This document shows, piece after piece, positions 13,529 through 26,427 of a stretch of DNA of 64,000 nt. The stretch spans positions 77,254,001 through 77,318,000 of the forward strand of contig NC_045697.1 of assembly GCF_009834535.1 (NCBI RefSeq). The letters are read 5' to 3'. Within the stretch, counting starts at the first letter, position 1, and each line of letters begins with the position of its first letter. A program made the position numbers and the translations under genes. The notes below the pieces were generated by a model that was given only the letters and a program-made list of their open reading frames with translations, was not told where the DNA came from and ran no database searches. This stretch comes from Camelus ferus. Its lineage: Eukaryota.

Positions 13529-13633
13529 ATGGCAGTGAAATTGCAGCTTCAACCTTGATGGAAGTTTTGCTAATGAATGATTTTAAACTTGTCATTAATA
13601 AAATAACATATGATGTGCAGTGCCCCAAGAAAG
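13529..13633 (+). CDS. MCUB: MCUB exon 4 (105 nt), DGSEIAASTLMEVLLMNDFKLVINKITYDVQCPKK
   Basis: Acceptor attttcag|, donor AAG|gtaag. Matches part of ORF 13360..13671. Confidence 0.95.
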
Positions 13634-13813
13634 GTAAGAGACGCAGCAACTATCTTAATACCTCCCTTTAGCCCTGGGCCTTTTTCAGGCAGCCAGCTTA
13701 TCTTGAGAATCTTTTTAGCTAGCCAAATGACCAAGAGGGCTCTGAAGAACCAGAGGTTAAACTTTTCCGGCAAGGGTGTAAATAATCAGTAGAAGTTGTC
13801 TATCAGGGATTTT

Positions 13814-13971
13814 TTTTTTTTTTTTAATCTTTAGGGTTTTTTTTAATTTCTTGTTGAGGGGGTAGGGAATTAGGTTTGTTTGTTTATTTTCAGAGGAGGT
13901 GCTGGGGATTGAAGCCAGGACCTCATGCATGCTAAGCATGCACTCTCCCACTTGAGCTATGCCCTCCCCTC
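13814..13971 (-). mobile_element. tRNA-Ala-derived SINE with 12-bp TSD
   Basis: TSD ATCAGGGATTTT at 13802-13813 and 13972-13983. Confidence 0.9.
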
Positions 13972-14646
13972 ATCAGGGATTTTAGTCTCGTGTATCCTTT
14001 TTAGACAAATTTTAAGACTTCATTTTAGCATCTTGAATGCTTAATCTGACATTACTGGGTTAAGAAGAAGTGGACCTGAAAATCATGAACTCAAGTGTGT
14101 ACTCTTGTATGGCTGTTAACTCTTTTGTTTCTTTTTTCTTCTTTTTTTTTAAGTAGACTGCTTTCAGGGCAGTTTTAGGTTCACAGCAAGACTGAGCAGA
14201 GTACAGAGTTCCCATACGCCTGCCGCTTTCCCAAAGCCTCCCCCACTGTCAAGCCCCAGGGTGGAACATTTGCTATAATCCATGACCCTACATTGACAGA
14301 TCATCATCACTCAAAGTCCACAGTTTACATTAGGTTTCGCTCTTGGTGTCGTACTTTTTATGGGTTTTGATAAACATATAATGACATATTGTTACCATTG
14401 TAGTTTCATAAAGAGTACTTCCACGGCCCCAAAATCCTCTCTGCTCTGCTGCCTCATTCCTACCTACCCCTAACCTCTCCCAGTCCGTGGCTTGTTTTCT
14501 TATTTGGTTGGCATTATCTTTTGCAGAGCAGAGGTTTTTAATTTTAATGAAGTCTAGCTTATCAATTATTTCTTTCATGGATTGTGCTTTTGGTGTTGTA
14601 TCTAAAAAGTCATCGCCATGTCTAAAGTCATTTCTCCTATGCTATC

Positions 14647-14940
14647 TTTTTTTTTTTTTTTACCATTTTTTTATTGAGTTATAGTCATTTTACAATGTTG
14701 TGTCAAATTCCAGTGTAGAGCACAATTTTTCAGTTATACATGAACATACATATATTCATTGTCACATTCTCTTTTGCTGTGAGCTACCGCAAGATCTTGT
14801 ATATATTTCCCTGTGCTATACAGTATAATCTTGTTTATCTATTCTACATTTTGAAATCCCAGTCTGTCCCTTCCCACCCCCCGCCCCCTTGGCAACCACA
14901 AGTCTGTATTCTATGTCTATGAGTCTGTTTCTGTTTTGTG
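14647..14940 (-). mobile_element. Younger L1 3' end nested in the old L1
   Basis: Poly-T then ttattgagttatagtcattttacaatgttgtgtcaaattccag, the reverse complement of the L1 end at 45131-45175. Confidence 0.8.
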
Positions 14941-17900
14941 TTTACTCCTGTTATAAACAGTTTTATAGTTTTGCATTTTACATTTAAGTCGATCCATTTT
15001 GAGTTAATTTTTGTGAAGGGTGTAAAGTCTGAGTCTAGATTCCTGTTTTTGCATTTGAATGTTCAGTTCTTCCAACACCATTTGTTGAAAAGACTGTCTT
15101 TGCTGCACTATATGCCTTTGCTCTGTCAACTGTATTTATATGGATCTATTTCTGGGCTCTCTCTTCTGTTCCATTGATCTGTCTGTTCTTTACCACACTG
15201 TCTTGACACTGTAGCTTTATAGTAAGCATTGAAGTTGAGTGGTGTCAGTCTTCTGACTTCACTCTTCAATACTGAGTTAGCTATTCTGAGTCTTTTGATT
15301 GTCCATATAAACTTTAGACTCAGTTTGTTGACATCCACAAAGTATTGCCGGGATCTTGATTGAGATTGTGTTGAATCTATAGATAAAGTTGGGAAGAAAA
15401 GATGTCTTGACAATATTGAGTCTTTTTATCCATGAACAAGGAAAGCTCTACTTAGTTCTTTGATATCTTTTATTAGAGTTTTGTAGTTTTCCTCATAGAG
15501 ATTGTGTACATATTTTGTTAGATTTATGCCTAAGTGTTTAAATTTTTTAGGTGCTAATGTAAATAGTAATGTGTTTTTAATTTCAAATTCCATTTGTTCA
15601 TAGCTGGTATACAATAAAGCTATTAACTTTTATATATTAACCTTGTATCTTGCAACCTTGCTATAATTGCTTATTAGTTCCGAGAGTTGGTTGGTTTTTT
15701 TTTTTTTTTTTGGTCATTTCTTTCTGATTTTCTATATAGATGATTATGTCATCTGCGAGCAAAGACAATTTTATTTCTTCCTTCACAATATATTATCTTT
15801 TATTTCCTTTTCTTACTGCATTAGCTAGGACTTGCAGCATGGTTTTGAAGAGTGGTGAGAGGATGCTCCTTTCCCTTTTCATGGTCTTAGCAGGAAAGCT
15901 TCAAGTTTCTTATTAAATATTATGTTAGATGTTTTTACCAAGTTGAGGAAGTTCCTCTATTCCTGGTTTGCTGATGGTTTTCATCATTTGTGGGTACTGG
16001 ACTTCATCAAATGTTTTTATGCATCTATTGATAAGATCATATGATTCTTCTTCTCTAGCCTGTTGATGTGATGGATGGCATTAACTGATTTTCAAATGTT
16101 GAGCCAGCCATCCTGTGTAAATCCTACTTGGTCATGATGTATAATTCTTTTTATACATTATTGGGTTCAGTTTGCTAATATTTTGTTAAGGATTTTTGTA
16201 TTCATACTCGAGAGATAGTGGTCTATAATTTTTTTTTTCTTGTAATGTTTTTCTCTGGCGTTGGTGTTCGGGTAATTCTTTTCTCATGAGTGACTTAGGA
16301 AATATTTCCTCTGCTTCTAATATTCTGGAAGAGACTGTGGAGAATTGGTATAATTTCTTCCTTAAATTTTGAGTAGGATTCACCAGTGAACCCATCTGGG
16401 CCTGGTGGTTTCCATTTTAGAAGGTTATTAATTATTGATTCAATTTTTAAAATAGATATAAGCCTATTCAGATTGTTTTTTCTTGCATGTGTTTTGACAA
16501 AGTGTACCTTTCAAAGAATTGGTCCATTTAATCTAGGTCATCAAATTTGCAGGCATAGAGTTATTCATAGTATTCCTTTAATGTCCGTGGGGTCTGTCTT
16601 TCATTTCATATTAGTAATTTATCTTTTTTTTCTTAGTAAGCCTGGCTAGGAATTAATCAATTCCATTGATTTCTGTTCTAATTTTTATTATTTCTTTTTG
16701 TCTGTTTACTTGGAATTTAATTTGCTTTTCTTTTTCCAGTTTCCTAAGGTGGAAAGTCAGATTTTTGATTTTAGATGTTTCTTCTTTTCTAATGTATGCA
16801 TTCAATGCTATAAATTTCTCTTCAAATGCTCTTTGTTGCATCCCACAAATTTTGATAAGTTATGTTTTCATTTTCATTTAATTCAAAATAGTGTTTAATT
16901 AATCTTGATTTCTTCCTTGAACCATGTGTTATTTAGAGGTATATTGTTTAATCTCTGCAAATACTTTGGATTTTCCAGCTATCTTTTGTTATTTCCACTT
17001 TTAATTTTGTTGTGGTCTGAGAGCATACATTGTATGATTTCTGTTCTTTGGCATTTATTTGGGTGGGCCTTATGGCCTAAATGAGGTCTATCCTGGTGAA
17101 TATTCCATGTGAGCTTGAGAAGAATGTGTGTCCTGCTGTTCTTGGATTGAGCTGTCTATAGACATCAGTTCTACCCAGTTGATTGATGGTACTGTATAGT
17201 TCAGCTATGTCCTTACTGATTTTTTTTGCTGGCTGAATCTCTCCGATAGAGAGGTTTTGAAGCTTCCAGCTTTACTGGATTCATTTCTTTCTCTATACAG
17301 TTGCCTTTTATATTTTGACACTTGTTGTTAGATTATATATTGCTTAATATATGCCTAACTGACAAGATTAGATTCCTTTAGAATCTATTAAGGTAGGCTC
17401 TGGTAAAATCATTTCTCTCTCTTTTTTTTCCTTTTTCAGTTTTATTATGTACAATTACTACAGTATGACTGCACATACACATTATATTGCATGTAAATAC
17501 ATGTATACAGTATACATTTGTAAGTTTACATATATGTACTAATTATTGTTTCTAAGAACAGATTAGATCTTTATAAAATCGTTTCTCTTGAGGGCAGCCT
17601 TGTTAAGAACGAAATGCTCTGGTGTATTTCAAAATGGTAGTTTTCTCCTCCCTGTACTAGAAGGACAGGGTATTTTTCTCTCGTCTTTGTTAGGAGAACC
17701 TGGTAGAACTCTTGGGGGTAAAACTCCCAAAAGAATGGGCATGTGCCCCTAAAGCTGTGTCCCACTGGATTTTTTAACTCAGAGTTGTCCACACCAAACC
17801 TCCAGTAGCTTGTCAGTTACAGTTCACTGGTTCTGTGAAGGTTTCTGCTCAAGGGTTCCTGCTCTGGTAAGTTGTAATTCTCTGTACATCAGTCTCTTCA

Positions 17901-19077
17901 GTTTTGTGTGCAGCCATTTGCCCTGTGACCTTGGTTTTCTCACGTATCTAAGAAGAGTATTGATTTTCAGTTTGTTCAGCTTTTTACCTGTTGTTAGGAT
18001 GGAGTGATGACTTCCAAGCTCCTTATATGTCAGACCAGAAACCAGAAGTCTTTTCTTTTTTAGAGAGAGTTTTCCTTTTCGTCTCAAGCTATCATTTCAC
18101 CGGTTGCAGTATACTTTTGGAAAGTTCTCAGCCATCATTACTTCAGGTGTCTCTTCTGTTCCTCTCTCTTCTCCATCTGGTATTCCCATTAGGCATTTTA
18201 TACCTTTTGTAACTGTTGTATAGTTCTTGGATGTTCAGTTTCTTTTTTCCTTTCTCTTTGCCTTCCAGTTTGGCAGGTTTCTATAGACGTATCCTTAAAC
18301 TCACTGATTCTTTCCTCCCCTGTGTGTTGTTTACTGATGAGCCCATCAAATGAGCCCATCAAAGGCATTCTTCATTTCTATTACAATGTTTTTGGCTTCT
18401 GGCAATTCTTCTTGATTCTTTTCTAGAATTTCCATCTCTCTGTTTACATTACTCATCTGTTCATCCATATTATCTACTTTTTCCATCACAGCCTTTACCG
18501 TGTTAATCATATTTGTCTTAATTTTTTGGTCTGAATTCTAAAATCTCTGCCATGTCAGATTCTGGTTCTGATGCTTGCTTTGTCTGGTCAGACTGTTTTT
18601 TCTTGCCTTTTACCTGCCTTGTCATTTTTTGTTGAAAGGTGGACATGATGTATTAAAAATAGAAACTGAAGCAAGTAGATCTTCATTGTGAGGTTTTATG
18701 TGTATCTGGCCAGGAGTCTGGCTGTTTACTGTGTGCTGTAGCTGTAGGTATCAGAGGCTTCAGTTTCTTCTAATGTCCCTGTTTTTCTCTTCCCTGCTGT
18801 GTTTGAGTTTCCCTAGAAATCCTTTCTTAAATAGAGTCTGTGTCTTGCACAGAACTGGAGCCCTATGGATGTGGTGTTAAGGTATTAGGGAGGAAAAGCA
18901 TTCTGTAATCTTATGGTTAAATCTCATGGCTTTTATTGGGCCAGGATTCCTATACTTTAACCTTCAGAAAAGCTTCTTAGCCTTATTCTCCCTCCCCTAT
19001 ATGAGCCGGGAAGGCTAGAGGGGTCTGGAGTTGGCTAATTGTCCTTCCTCCAGGCCAAATTAAGCTCTGGTAAAGTA

Positions 19078-19284
19078 CAGTTGGCCCTTGAACATAGGTT
19101 TGAACTGCATGGGTCCACTTAACATGCTGATTTTTTTTTCAATAAACACTGCAGCACTACATGATCCACGGTTGGTTGAGTTGTTGGAACCGTGGATAGA
19201 GGGCCAACTAGAAGGTTATATGTGGATTTTCAAGTGTGTGGTGGGTTGGTGCCCATAACACCCACATTGTTCAGGGGTCAACTG
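19078..19284. mobile_element. Tigger2-like (TcMar) MITE
   Basis: TIRs CAGTTGGCCCTTGAACA ... TGTTCAGGGGTCAACTG; TA on the left flank. Confidence 0.8.
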
Positions 19285-19754
19285 GCATTTCCTTGGTATG
19301 GATAAAGTAATGCTCAGGGCTATTTAAAAATGGTTATATTCCTCCTTTCTCTGCTGGAAACAGGGAGGTATTTTTCTGATTCTCTGACCTTCACTGTGAG
19401 AACCAGATGGGATTCCTGGAGGTAAAACTCATGAATGTGTGGGAGTTTTTATTTCTCAAGCTAGTCAGCACTGAGCCTTCAACAATTCATCAATTATAGT
19501 TTAAGTGTTCCTGCCAGGATTGGCTCCAGAGGTTTCTCCTCCCAGTAAGCTGTGATCATAGACTACTGGGGGTGAGAGGAAGTAATACTTGATTCTATGC
19601 CTTAATAAATAGATGATGAGATCAATAAATCAGTAAATAAGGGAAGGTCCATGTGTATAGTTAGAAAGCCAAGTACTGACTGGTACATATGGGAGGGCTG
19701 CTATAGTTGAAAAATCATTATTTGGCAGCCAAATTCAGGCAGGGGTCATCAATA

Positions 19755-20730
19755 CCAGGAGTGGGATTGCTGGATCATACAGTAGTCCAATTTCTAGTTT
19801 TTTGAGGAACCTCCATACTGTTTTCTATAGTGGCTGCACTGATTTACATTCCTGTTAATAGTGTAAAAGGTTTCCCTTTTCTCTACATCCTTGCCAACAT
19901 TTGTTATTTGTAAACTTTTTAATGACAGCCAGTCTGACAGGTGTGAGGTGGTATGTCATTGTTTTGATTTGCATTTCTCTAATAGTGATGTTGAGCATCT
20001 TTTCATGTGTCTGATAGCCATCTGTATGTCTTCTTTGGAGAAATACCTGTTTAGATCTGCCAATTTTTTGATTGGGTTTGTTTTTTTTTTTAATGTTGAG
20101 TTGTATAAGCTGTTTGTATATTTTGGATATTAACTACTTGTTGGTCACATTCCTTGTATATATCTGGAAAAAAATGAAAACACTAATTTGAAAAGATATA
20201 TGCACCCTAATGTTCATAGCACTGTTTATGGTAGTCAAGATATGGAGGCAACCCAAGTGTCCATCAACAGATGATTGGCTTAAGAAAATATAAGATACAC
20301 ACATACACAGTGGAATACTACTCAGCCATAAAAAAGAATGAATCTGCTATTTGCAGCAACATGGATGGACCTGGAGATTATGCTTAGACAGAGAAAGACA
20401 AATACTGTATGATATTATTTATATGTGGAATCTAAAAAAATAAAACAAATGAATGTATATAGCAGAATAGAAAACAGATATAGAAAACAAACCAGTGGTT
20501 ACCAGTGGGGAGAAAGAAGGTAGGAGGGGCAAGATAGGCATAGGGGGTTAAGAGATACAAACTACGGTTTATAAAATAATAACAAGGCTATATTATACAG
20601 CATAGGAAACTATAGCCATTATTTTGTAATAACTTTTAATGGAGTATATGTTAAAATACTGAATCAATATGCTATACATCTGAAACTAATATAATACTGT
20701 AAATCAATATAATTCAATTTAAAAAAAATA
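19755..20730 (+). mobile_element. L1 insertion with 5' inversion (antisense 19755 to about 20155, sense from about 20156 to 20730)
   Basis: The two segments are contiguous in the L1 copy at 44360-44400. Poly(A) at 20721. Confidence 0.85.
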
Positions 20731-21299
20731 CGGAAATGCTAACAGAAAAATGGGAGTCAATTACAAGGACATAGGAGCCAGCTTAAGGGGGCTCCTACTA
20801 ACCATATCTGGTACAGTTTGAACACCATCAGCTCCCATGTCCTTGTGACCTGCCCCCGTTTTTATTTTGAGCATTTTCTTTCTGGTATAACTAGATGGGC
20901 CAGAGTGACCTTGTACTCCAGCACTGATATTAGCCACTTCTCTGAAGATCCTTGGAAGAAAAATATTTTTAAAAATTTTAATTGTATGTTTGAACATTTT
21001 ATGGAATTGTCAAAGACAGACATAGAGAAATTAAAATAAATCATCTCAACAATTATGAATATTCTTCTATTCTTGATTCTTTTTTAAAATCAGGACAGTA
21101 TTTAAACCCAAAGAGAGAAGGATGGAAGAAGTTGAGAAATATGAAAATGAATACCCATGTTAAAATAGAAATTTCATGTCCAGTGAGTTCCCAGCACTCT
21201 GGAAGGTCTTCCACTTCCTGTTCTCTGGGTTTAGCTTTTGAGGGAGCAAGTGGAAATAAAACATTTTCAGGGCATCTCATTGTTCTACTTGACCTTCCT

Positions 21300-21555
21300 C
21301 TTCCAGATAAGCGCCAGTTAACTAATCTAAATGGCCTAGTCACATTAAGCAACTTCCATTCTCACTTTTTGTGGATTTTTCCACGTCCCTGACTCTGCTT
21401 AAGCCCCTGATGGCCTCTGTCCCTCCCTTAAAATGCCCAGCCACCTCTGCACAAATAGAAGTTGAGTTCATGCTGAATCCTCTTCCCTTGTGCAGCAGTT
21501 GCTGAATAAAGTCTACCCTTACCACTTTGACCAGTGTCTGGCTTATGCTCCACAG
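21300..21555 (+). mobile_element. ERV1 LTR 3' fragment (MER-type)
   Basis: gaagttgagttcatgctg...gctgaataaagtctacccttaccactttgaccagtgtctggc; AATAAA in R/U5 context. Confidence 0.55.
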
Positions 21556-22644
21556 CCTTAGAATCCTGCCCCATCTATACCTTTTTTCTGTGTGTGCACC
21601 TTTTAAATATCAATACAGTTTTTATCAAAACAAAAAGGCTCTAACTGTTCTGCAAATCTCAAAAGCCTGGAAGGAAACTTCTCGTTTTTACCTCTTTGTG
21701 TCAGTTTTAGCCTAGAACTTAGAAGGGATTGAAGGTCATAATGAAGTCTTGAAGAAGTGGGTGGAGAAGGAAGGAAGAGTAACTTCAGGACCGCTGACAC
21801 AGGCTGGAAAACCACTGGGCTAACACTGACTCTGGGATCATAAACCCCCGTGTCTGCCATTGTGTGCTGCTGCCTGGGGGAAGGACCCTCTTTCCTTCCT
21901 CTCACCTTGTCCCCCCACCCCAAGTTCTCTTACAGTGGTGGGGGACAGTTATAACCCCTGGAAAGGTGTCAGTACAGCCCAATTTTATGTGGATTTATAG
22001 ATCCACGGAGGTGGAAGGATGAAAGAAACCTGTAGTCAAAAGAACTCAACTCTTGTGTTAAAAACTCAGAAACTGACTCTGGTCCATGTGAACCTCCTTC
22101 CAGATCTACACCTTGCTGAAAAGAACTTACACTTGAATTGCTTTTCCAACGGGTGTGATACTTTCATTTACCTGTTTGGACACCAGCTTCCCTCCCCAGT
22201 GGACCTTAAAATGACTTTTGGATAGATAGCTGGGGTGAAGGGGGAGGAATCTTAGGTTAAGTCAGGTATAAAAGTGAACCTGTAAACTAATGTGTTACCA
22301 TCTAAGGTTGTAAGGTTGGATTCTGGCAGATGGATACTCCCTTTTCCTGTATTACTTTTTCTTTTAAAGAAACAGTACTAGTTATATTATAAAAGAGAAC
22401 AGACAAAAACATGAATTTTAAACCTATTGTCTGGTTATTTGTTATTCCAGAGAGATGAATATAGTCACCTGAGACAGGAATAAAGGCCAACACCAAATGT
22501 GTCCCCCCCACCCTGCCCCACCCCAGGAGTTGGGCACACCCAGGCATCCAGCCGTGGAGATTCAGATGTGGTTCCCTGGACTTACAAACCCTGGAGGAAA
22601 AAAATGTGGCCACTGCCTTACGTTTCCCCTGTGTCTTTTCTCAG

Positions 22645-22805
22645 AAAAGCTGAGTCGTGAGCAAACTACTGAGATGGAAAACATGAAATCCTTGGTTCAC
22701 AGACTGTTCACAGCCTTGCATTTAGAAGAGTTTCAGAAAAAGAGAGAGCACCATCTACTGGAGAAAATCGACCACCTGAAGGGACAGCTGCAGCCCCTTG
22801 AACAG
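22645..22805 (+). CDS. MCUB: MCUB exon 5 (161 nt), coiled-coil EKLSREQTTEMENMKSLVHRLF...LQPLEQ
   Basis: Acceptor cttttctcag|, donor CAG|gtttg. Confidence 0.95.
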
Positions 22806-23849
22806 GTTTGGAAGCGTCACAGTTGAGTCTGCTTGCAAATAACACCCAATGTTTGAGCATGCGCCACGTGAGCATTTTTCTGAATGCTTTAATTATGCTC
22901 ATGTTCTCCTTTAGTCCTCACAGTGAGCCTGGGAGCTTGGTATTGTTACCTTCCTCATTCAGAGGATGGTAGCTCAGCGTGAACTTGAGCCCTGGAGGTC
23001 TGACTCCTGGCTGCCACCTTTGCCTCCTCTCCACGGATCAGCCATCGTGTCCCTGACCTGAGGGGAGGGTGAGCTGGGATGCACCAGCTGGAGCACCCAC
23101 AGTCCCACTCTGCCCAATAGAATCACAAATGGAAAGTTAGCAGTGGCTTCCTAAGCTCTGAAGTTAATCAGTGGTGGAGGGAGGAAAAAAAGTGTTTTGA
23201 TTTAAGGGAGAAAATGCATTTTTGAAAACTGATCCCATTGTGACTTTTCAAAATGGATAGGTATATGTATCTTTGTGTACAAACAGAAGGTTTCTGGAGA
23301 AAAGAAAGTTTTGATGTGATTACCTCTAAGGGTACTTAGGGAACACCAGAGAGGGGGGCCTTTCTATTTGGATTGTGAGCCCACATTTTAATTTTTTCTT
23401 TACTTTTTAGAAAGTTGGTGATATATTTACTTGCATTAAAGTTTAAAAAATCTAAAAAGGTGGCCAATGGAGTTTTCCTCCTACAGTCCTCCCAGTACCA
23501 TATCCCTACAACTATGAATTGCTTCAGATTTTCTTTATCTATGTACAAACAAAAACAAATTATTGTTTTGTTCCCTAAAGGTACCTGCTATTATACACTA
23601 TTCTCACCTTTTTTCACTAACAGTATATCCTGGAAAGATCTCCATTATAGCTGTATGATAGCTTGATGGAAAAATGTATATCCTTCTATACTATTTCAAT
23701 TTTTTCCATGAGCAATTATTACCTTTATAATTTAAACAATGGTTTATCAATGAACTATTTTGGCAATGTGATCACTCATTAATGTATATGTTTTATAAAT
23801 TCTTGTTTTTTTCAGACCTATTTAATGCACTTTTGTTCCTTTTCTTTTT

Positions 23850-24006
23850 TTAAAAAAATTTTTTACTACATTTTTTTGGAGTTTTTTTTGGGGGGTGGAG
23901 TAATTAGATTTATTTACTTACTTATTTAAATGGAGGTACTGGGGATTGAACCTAGGACTTCGTGCATGCTAAACACACACTCTACCACTGAGCTATACCC
24001 TCCCCT
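23850..24006 (-). mobile_element. tRNA-Ala-derived SINE, antisense, about 65 nt upstream of MCUB exon 6
   Basis: ggaggtactggggattgaacctaggacttcgtgcatgctaa...ctctaccactgagctataccctcccc. Confidence 0.9.
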
Positions 24007-24071
24007 CTTTTTCTTGCTTTTTTCCCTTAAGTCAGTGCACTGTAAACTGAACAGTCATTTTTCCCCCTCAG

Positions 24072-24275
24072 ATGAAAGCCAAAATAGAAGATCGTTCAGA
24101 AGCCAAAACCAGTGGACTCCTGTGGGCTGGGTTAGCAGTGCTGTCCGTCCAGGGCGGAGCAATGGCCTGGCTCACCTGGTGGGTGTACTCCTGGGATATC
24201 ATGGAACCAGTCACCTACTTCATCACATTTGCAAATTCTATGGTCTTCTTTGCATACTTTATAGTCACTCGACAG
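24072..24275 (+). CDS. MCUB: MCUB exon 6 (204 nt), TM1-pore (WDIMEP)-TM2
   Basis: Acceptor ccctcag|, donor CAG|gtgag. Encodes [19 protein letters not shown]. Confidence 0.97.
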
Positions 24276-24855
24276 GTGAGTAGTTTTGTTAAGGAAATGG
24301 TAAGTTATAACATCTTCTGTAAATAATTCCTGATCCAAGTCAAGTAATGAGCATTAAAACCTTTTTACTTACTGAATTACTGCTGTCTGGGGTTTTATCA
24401 GCTGTTAAATTTTGTTGTTTCCCAGAGCATGGAGATTTTTATATATAGCAGAGAAACTATACTTAACCTCTGTGGAGAAGTACATAGTGCAAGTTACCAA
24501 ATTCCTCCATTGAGATAAACCCATCAAACTTACATACTCTGTGCATAAATAAAATTGAATCTGTATTGCAAACCACCCAGTAACTTCAGTTCTATCACAT
24601 GATTATTTTGCCAAAAATCTCCATCTTCCTTTTTCTCTTTTCTACCCCAGTATGTGTGATTTCTCTTCCCAGCTTGCTTGCTTTTGAAAGGAGCAGCTGA
24701 TCTCAAATGAGACTAAATGTTTTACTTGTGTTGCCTTATGCTCGCTCTGATGGCCACTGCAAATATTTTACCTTCCTTTACTGCCTGCCTTTGCGTTGTT
24801 GTTGCTAAGGCAATATGTTCATTTAAAACATGCTCTGTCGCTTTTTTTTTTTCAG

Positions 24856-24972
24856 GATTATACTTACTCAGCTGTTAAGAGTAGGCAGTTTCTTCACTTC
24901 TTCCATAAGAAATCAAAGCAACAGCACTTCGATGTAGTGCAGTACAACCAGTTAAAAGAAGACCTTGCTAAG
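24856..24972 (+). CDS. MCUB: MCUB exon 7 (117 nt), DYTYSAVKSRQFLHFF...KEDLAK
   Basis: Poly-T then ttcag| acceptor; donor AAG|gtac. Confidence 0.95.
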
Positions 24973-25635
24973 GTACCTTACTGCAAATATGACATTTTAT
25001 AACTGGTCTTGTTTGGGAGCCAGAACTTAATGTCGGGGAAACACAATCCGTGGCTCATCCCTCACTGGTTAATCTTGTCCTCGATAGCTTCTCTGGACTG
25101 TGGTTTGTTCAGTGAAACAGCTGACATGTCTGATACTAATTTCCTCCAGCTTTGTTCTTGTCTTCTGTATTCTACATGTGGGTAGCTTTAAGTGTGTATG
25201 GAAATTGTCTTAAAGTTTTTAGGAGAAAACTTTTTCTAACTGAATACAGGTTTTTAAAGAAAAAAGTCCAGTGTCAAACTCAAATGCAGATTTTGTAACT
25301 GTTAAGAATATAGAAGTAGAACTTTCAGAAGGTGGACACATTGATAAACAATTTTAAGCTCTCTAAAGGCATTTACAAGTTTCTCCTCCTTAAAAATAGA
25401 ATCAGTATGTTATTCCTCCATTCATCTTTTCCATCTTCCAGATGCGAACACAGAGGTGCACACCGCTAGAGTGGGGAAACCAGGGTAGGAAGCCAGAAGT
25501 TGGACTCTGCAGCCTGTGCTCTTAAGAACCTCCATACAACATGTCTCTTAGGCAAATTTTATCTCTGGCCTCCCAGTGGTCTCATTAGCTTTGTTCAGAT
25601 GGTGACTTCTCAATTTTATTAGAAAAAAGTTTTTT

Positions 25636-25760
25636 GGAGGGGAGGGTAGAGCATATGCTTAGCATGCAGGAGATTCTGGGTTCAAAACCTAGTACCTCCA
25701 TTAAAAAAATAAAAGTAATTGATTAATTAATAACCTAATTACCCCCCAATTTTTTTTAAT
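25636..25760 (+). mobile_element. tRNA-Ala-derived SINE (head partly deleted)
   Basis: ggtagagcatatgcttagcatgcaggagattctgggttcaaa; flanked by aaaagtttt repeats. Confidence 0.8.
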
Positions 25761-26427
25761 TACAAAAGTTTTGGTAAAAATATCCTCCATTGCTCAATGC
25801 ATGATCATTCAATAGCCAGTAATCATCATGTCTTTTGTTACCTGTACCTTCTAAATGACCTATCCCTCAAATTTAAATAAGGAAAGATATTTCCTTTGTA
25901 GTCCAAAAATTGGAGATAAAGAGCCTTTAAAAAATATTGTTAAATTCCATATAATTACTTAGGAAAAATAAGATGCTTTTTAAAAAAATTTAGTGGATAC
26001 TCCTACATTTAAGTAGAAGGCTAAAGGAATGTTCTTCCAACTAGTTTATAGCCCTGGGCATTGAAGGTTCAGAGGAGCACCCTGTGAAGTGTTTTTTTTT
26101 TTTAAGTAATAAAGTTGAGGAAAAACAGGAAACTGATAAATCAGAGTAGGTTTTTGTTTTTTGTTTTTGAATATGAACTGGGAAAACCACTGTAAAGGCG
26201 AAAACTAACATAACAAGAACTCTAAGGACATAATAGAAACCTCGAACTCATGTTTTACAAAAGGATCCACATAAATTGTAATATTAATAGTAGGCAGTTG
26301 CCACTCATAGTTTAGATCTATGTATTGACCTAAGGAGATGTTGAAGGTATAGAGTTCCTCGTGAGCAGTAATGCTCATAGGCTTGCAGTCCTTTCTGATC
26401 ACTGCCTCTTTTTCTTCCTGTGGACAG

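Larger units (their letters stand above)
14150..19560 (-). mobile_element. Large decayed old L1 (L1M-type; 3'UTR, ORF2 and 5' remnants), antisense in MCUB intron 4, with nested insertions
   Basis: Broken ORF2-like translations on -: IDKLDFIKIKNLCSAK, QWNRRESPEIDP, KHLGINLTK, KFIALNAYIRKEE. Confidence 0.85.

Noticed and set aside
14330..16898. Many short ORFs resembling reverse transcriptase/ORF2
   Set aside because: Fragmented, frameshifted remnants of an old L1, not a functional gene.
18337..18362. 13-bp tandem duplication ATGAGCCCATCAA
   Set aside because: Ordinary slippage inside a decayed L1.
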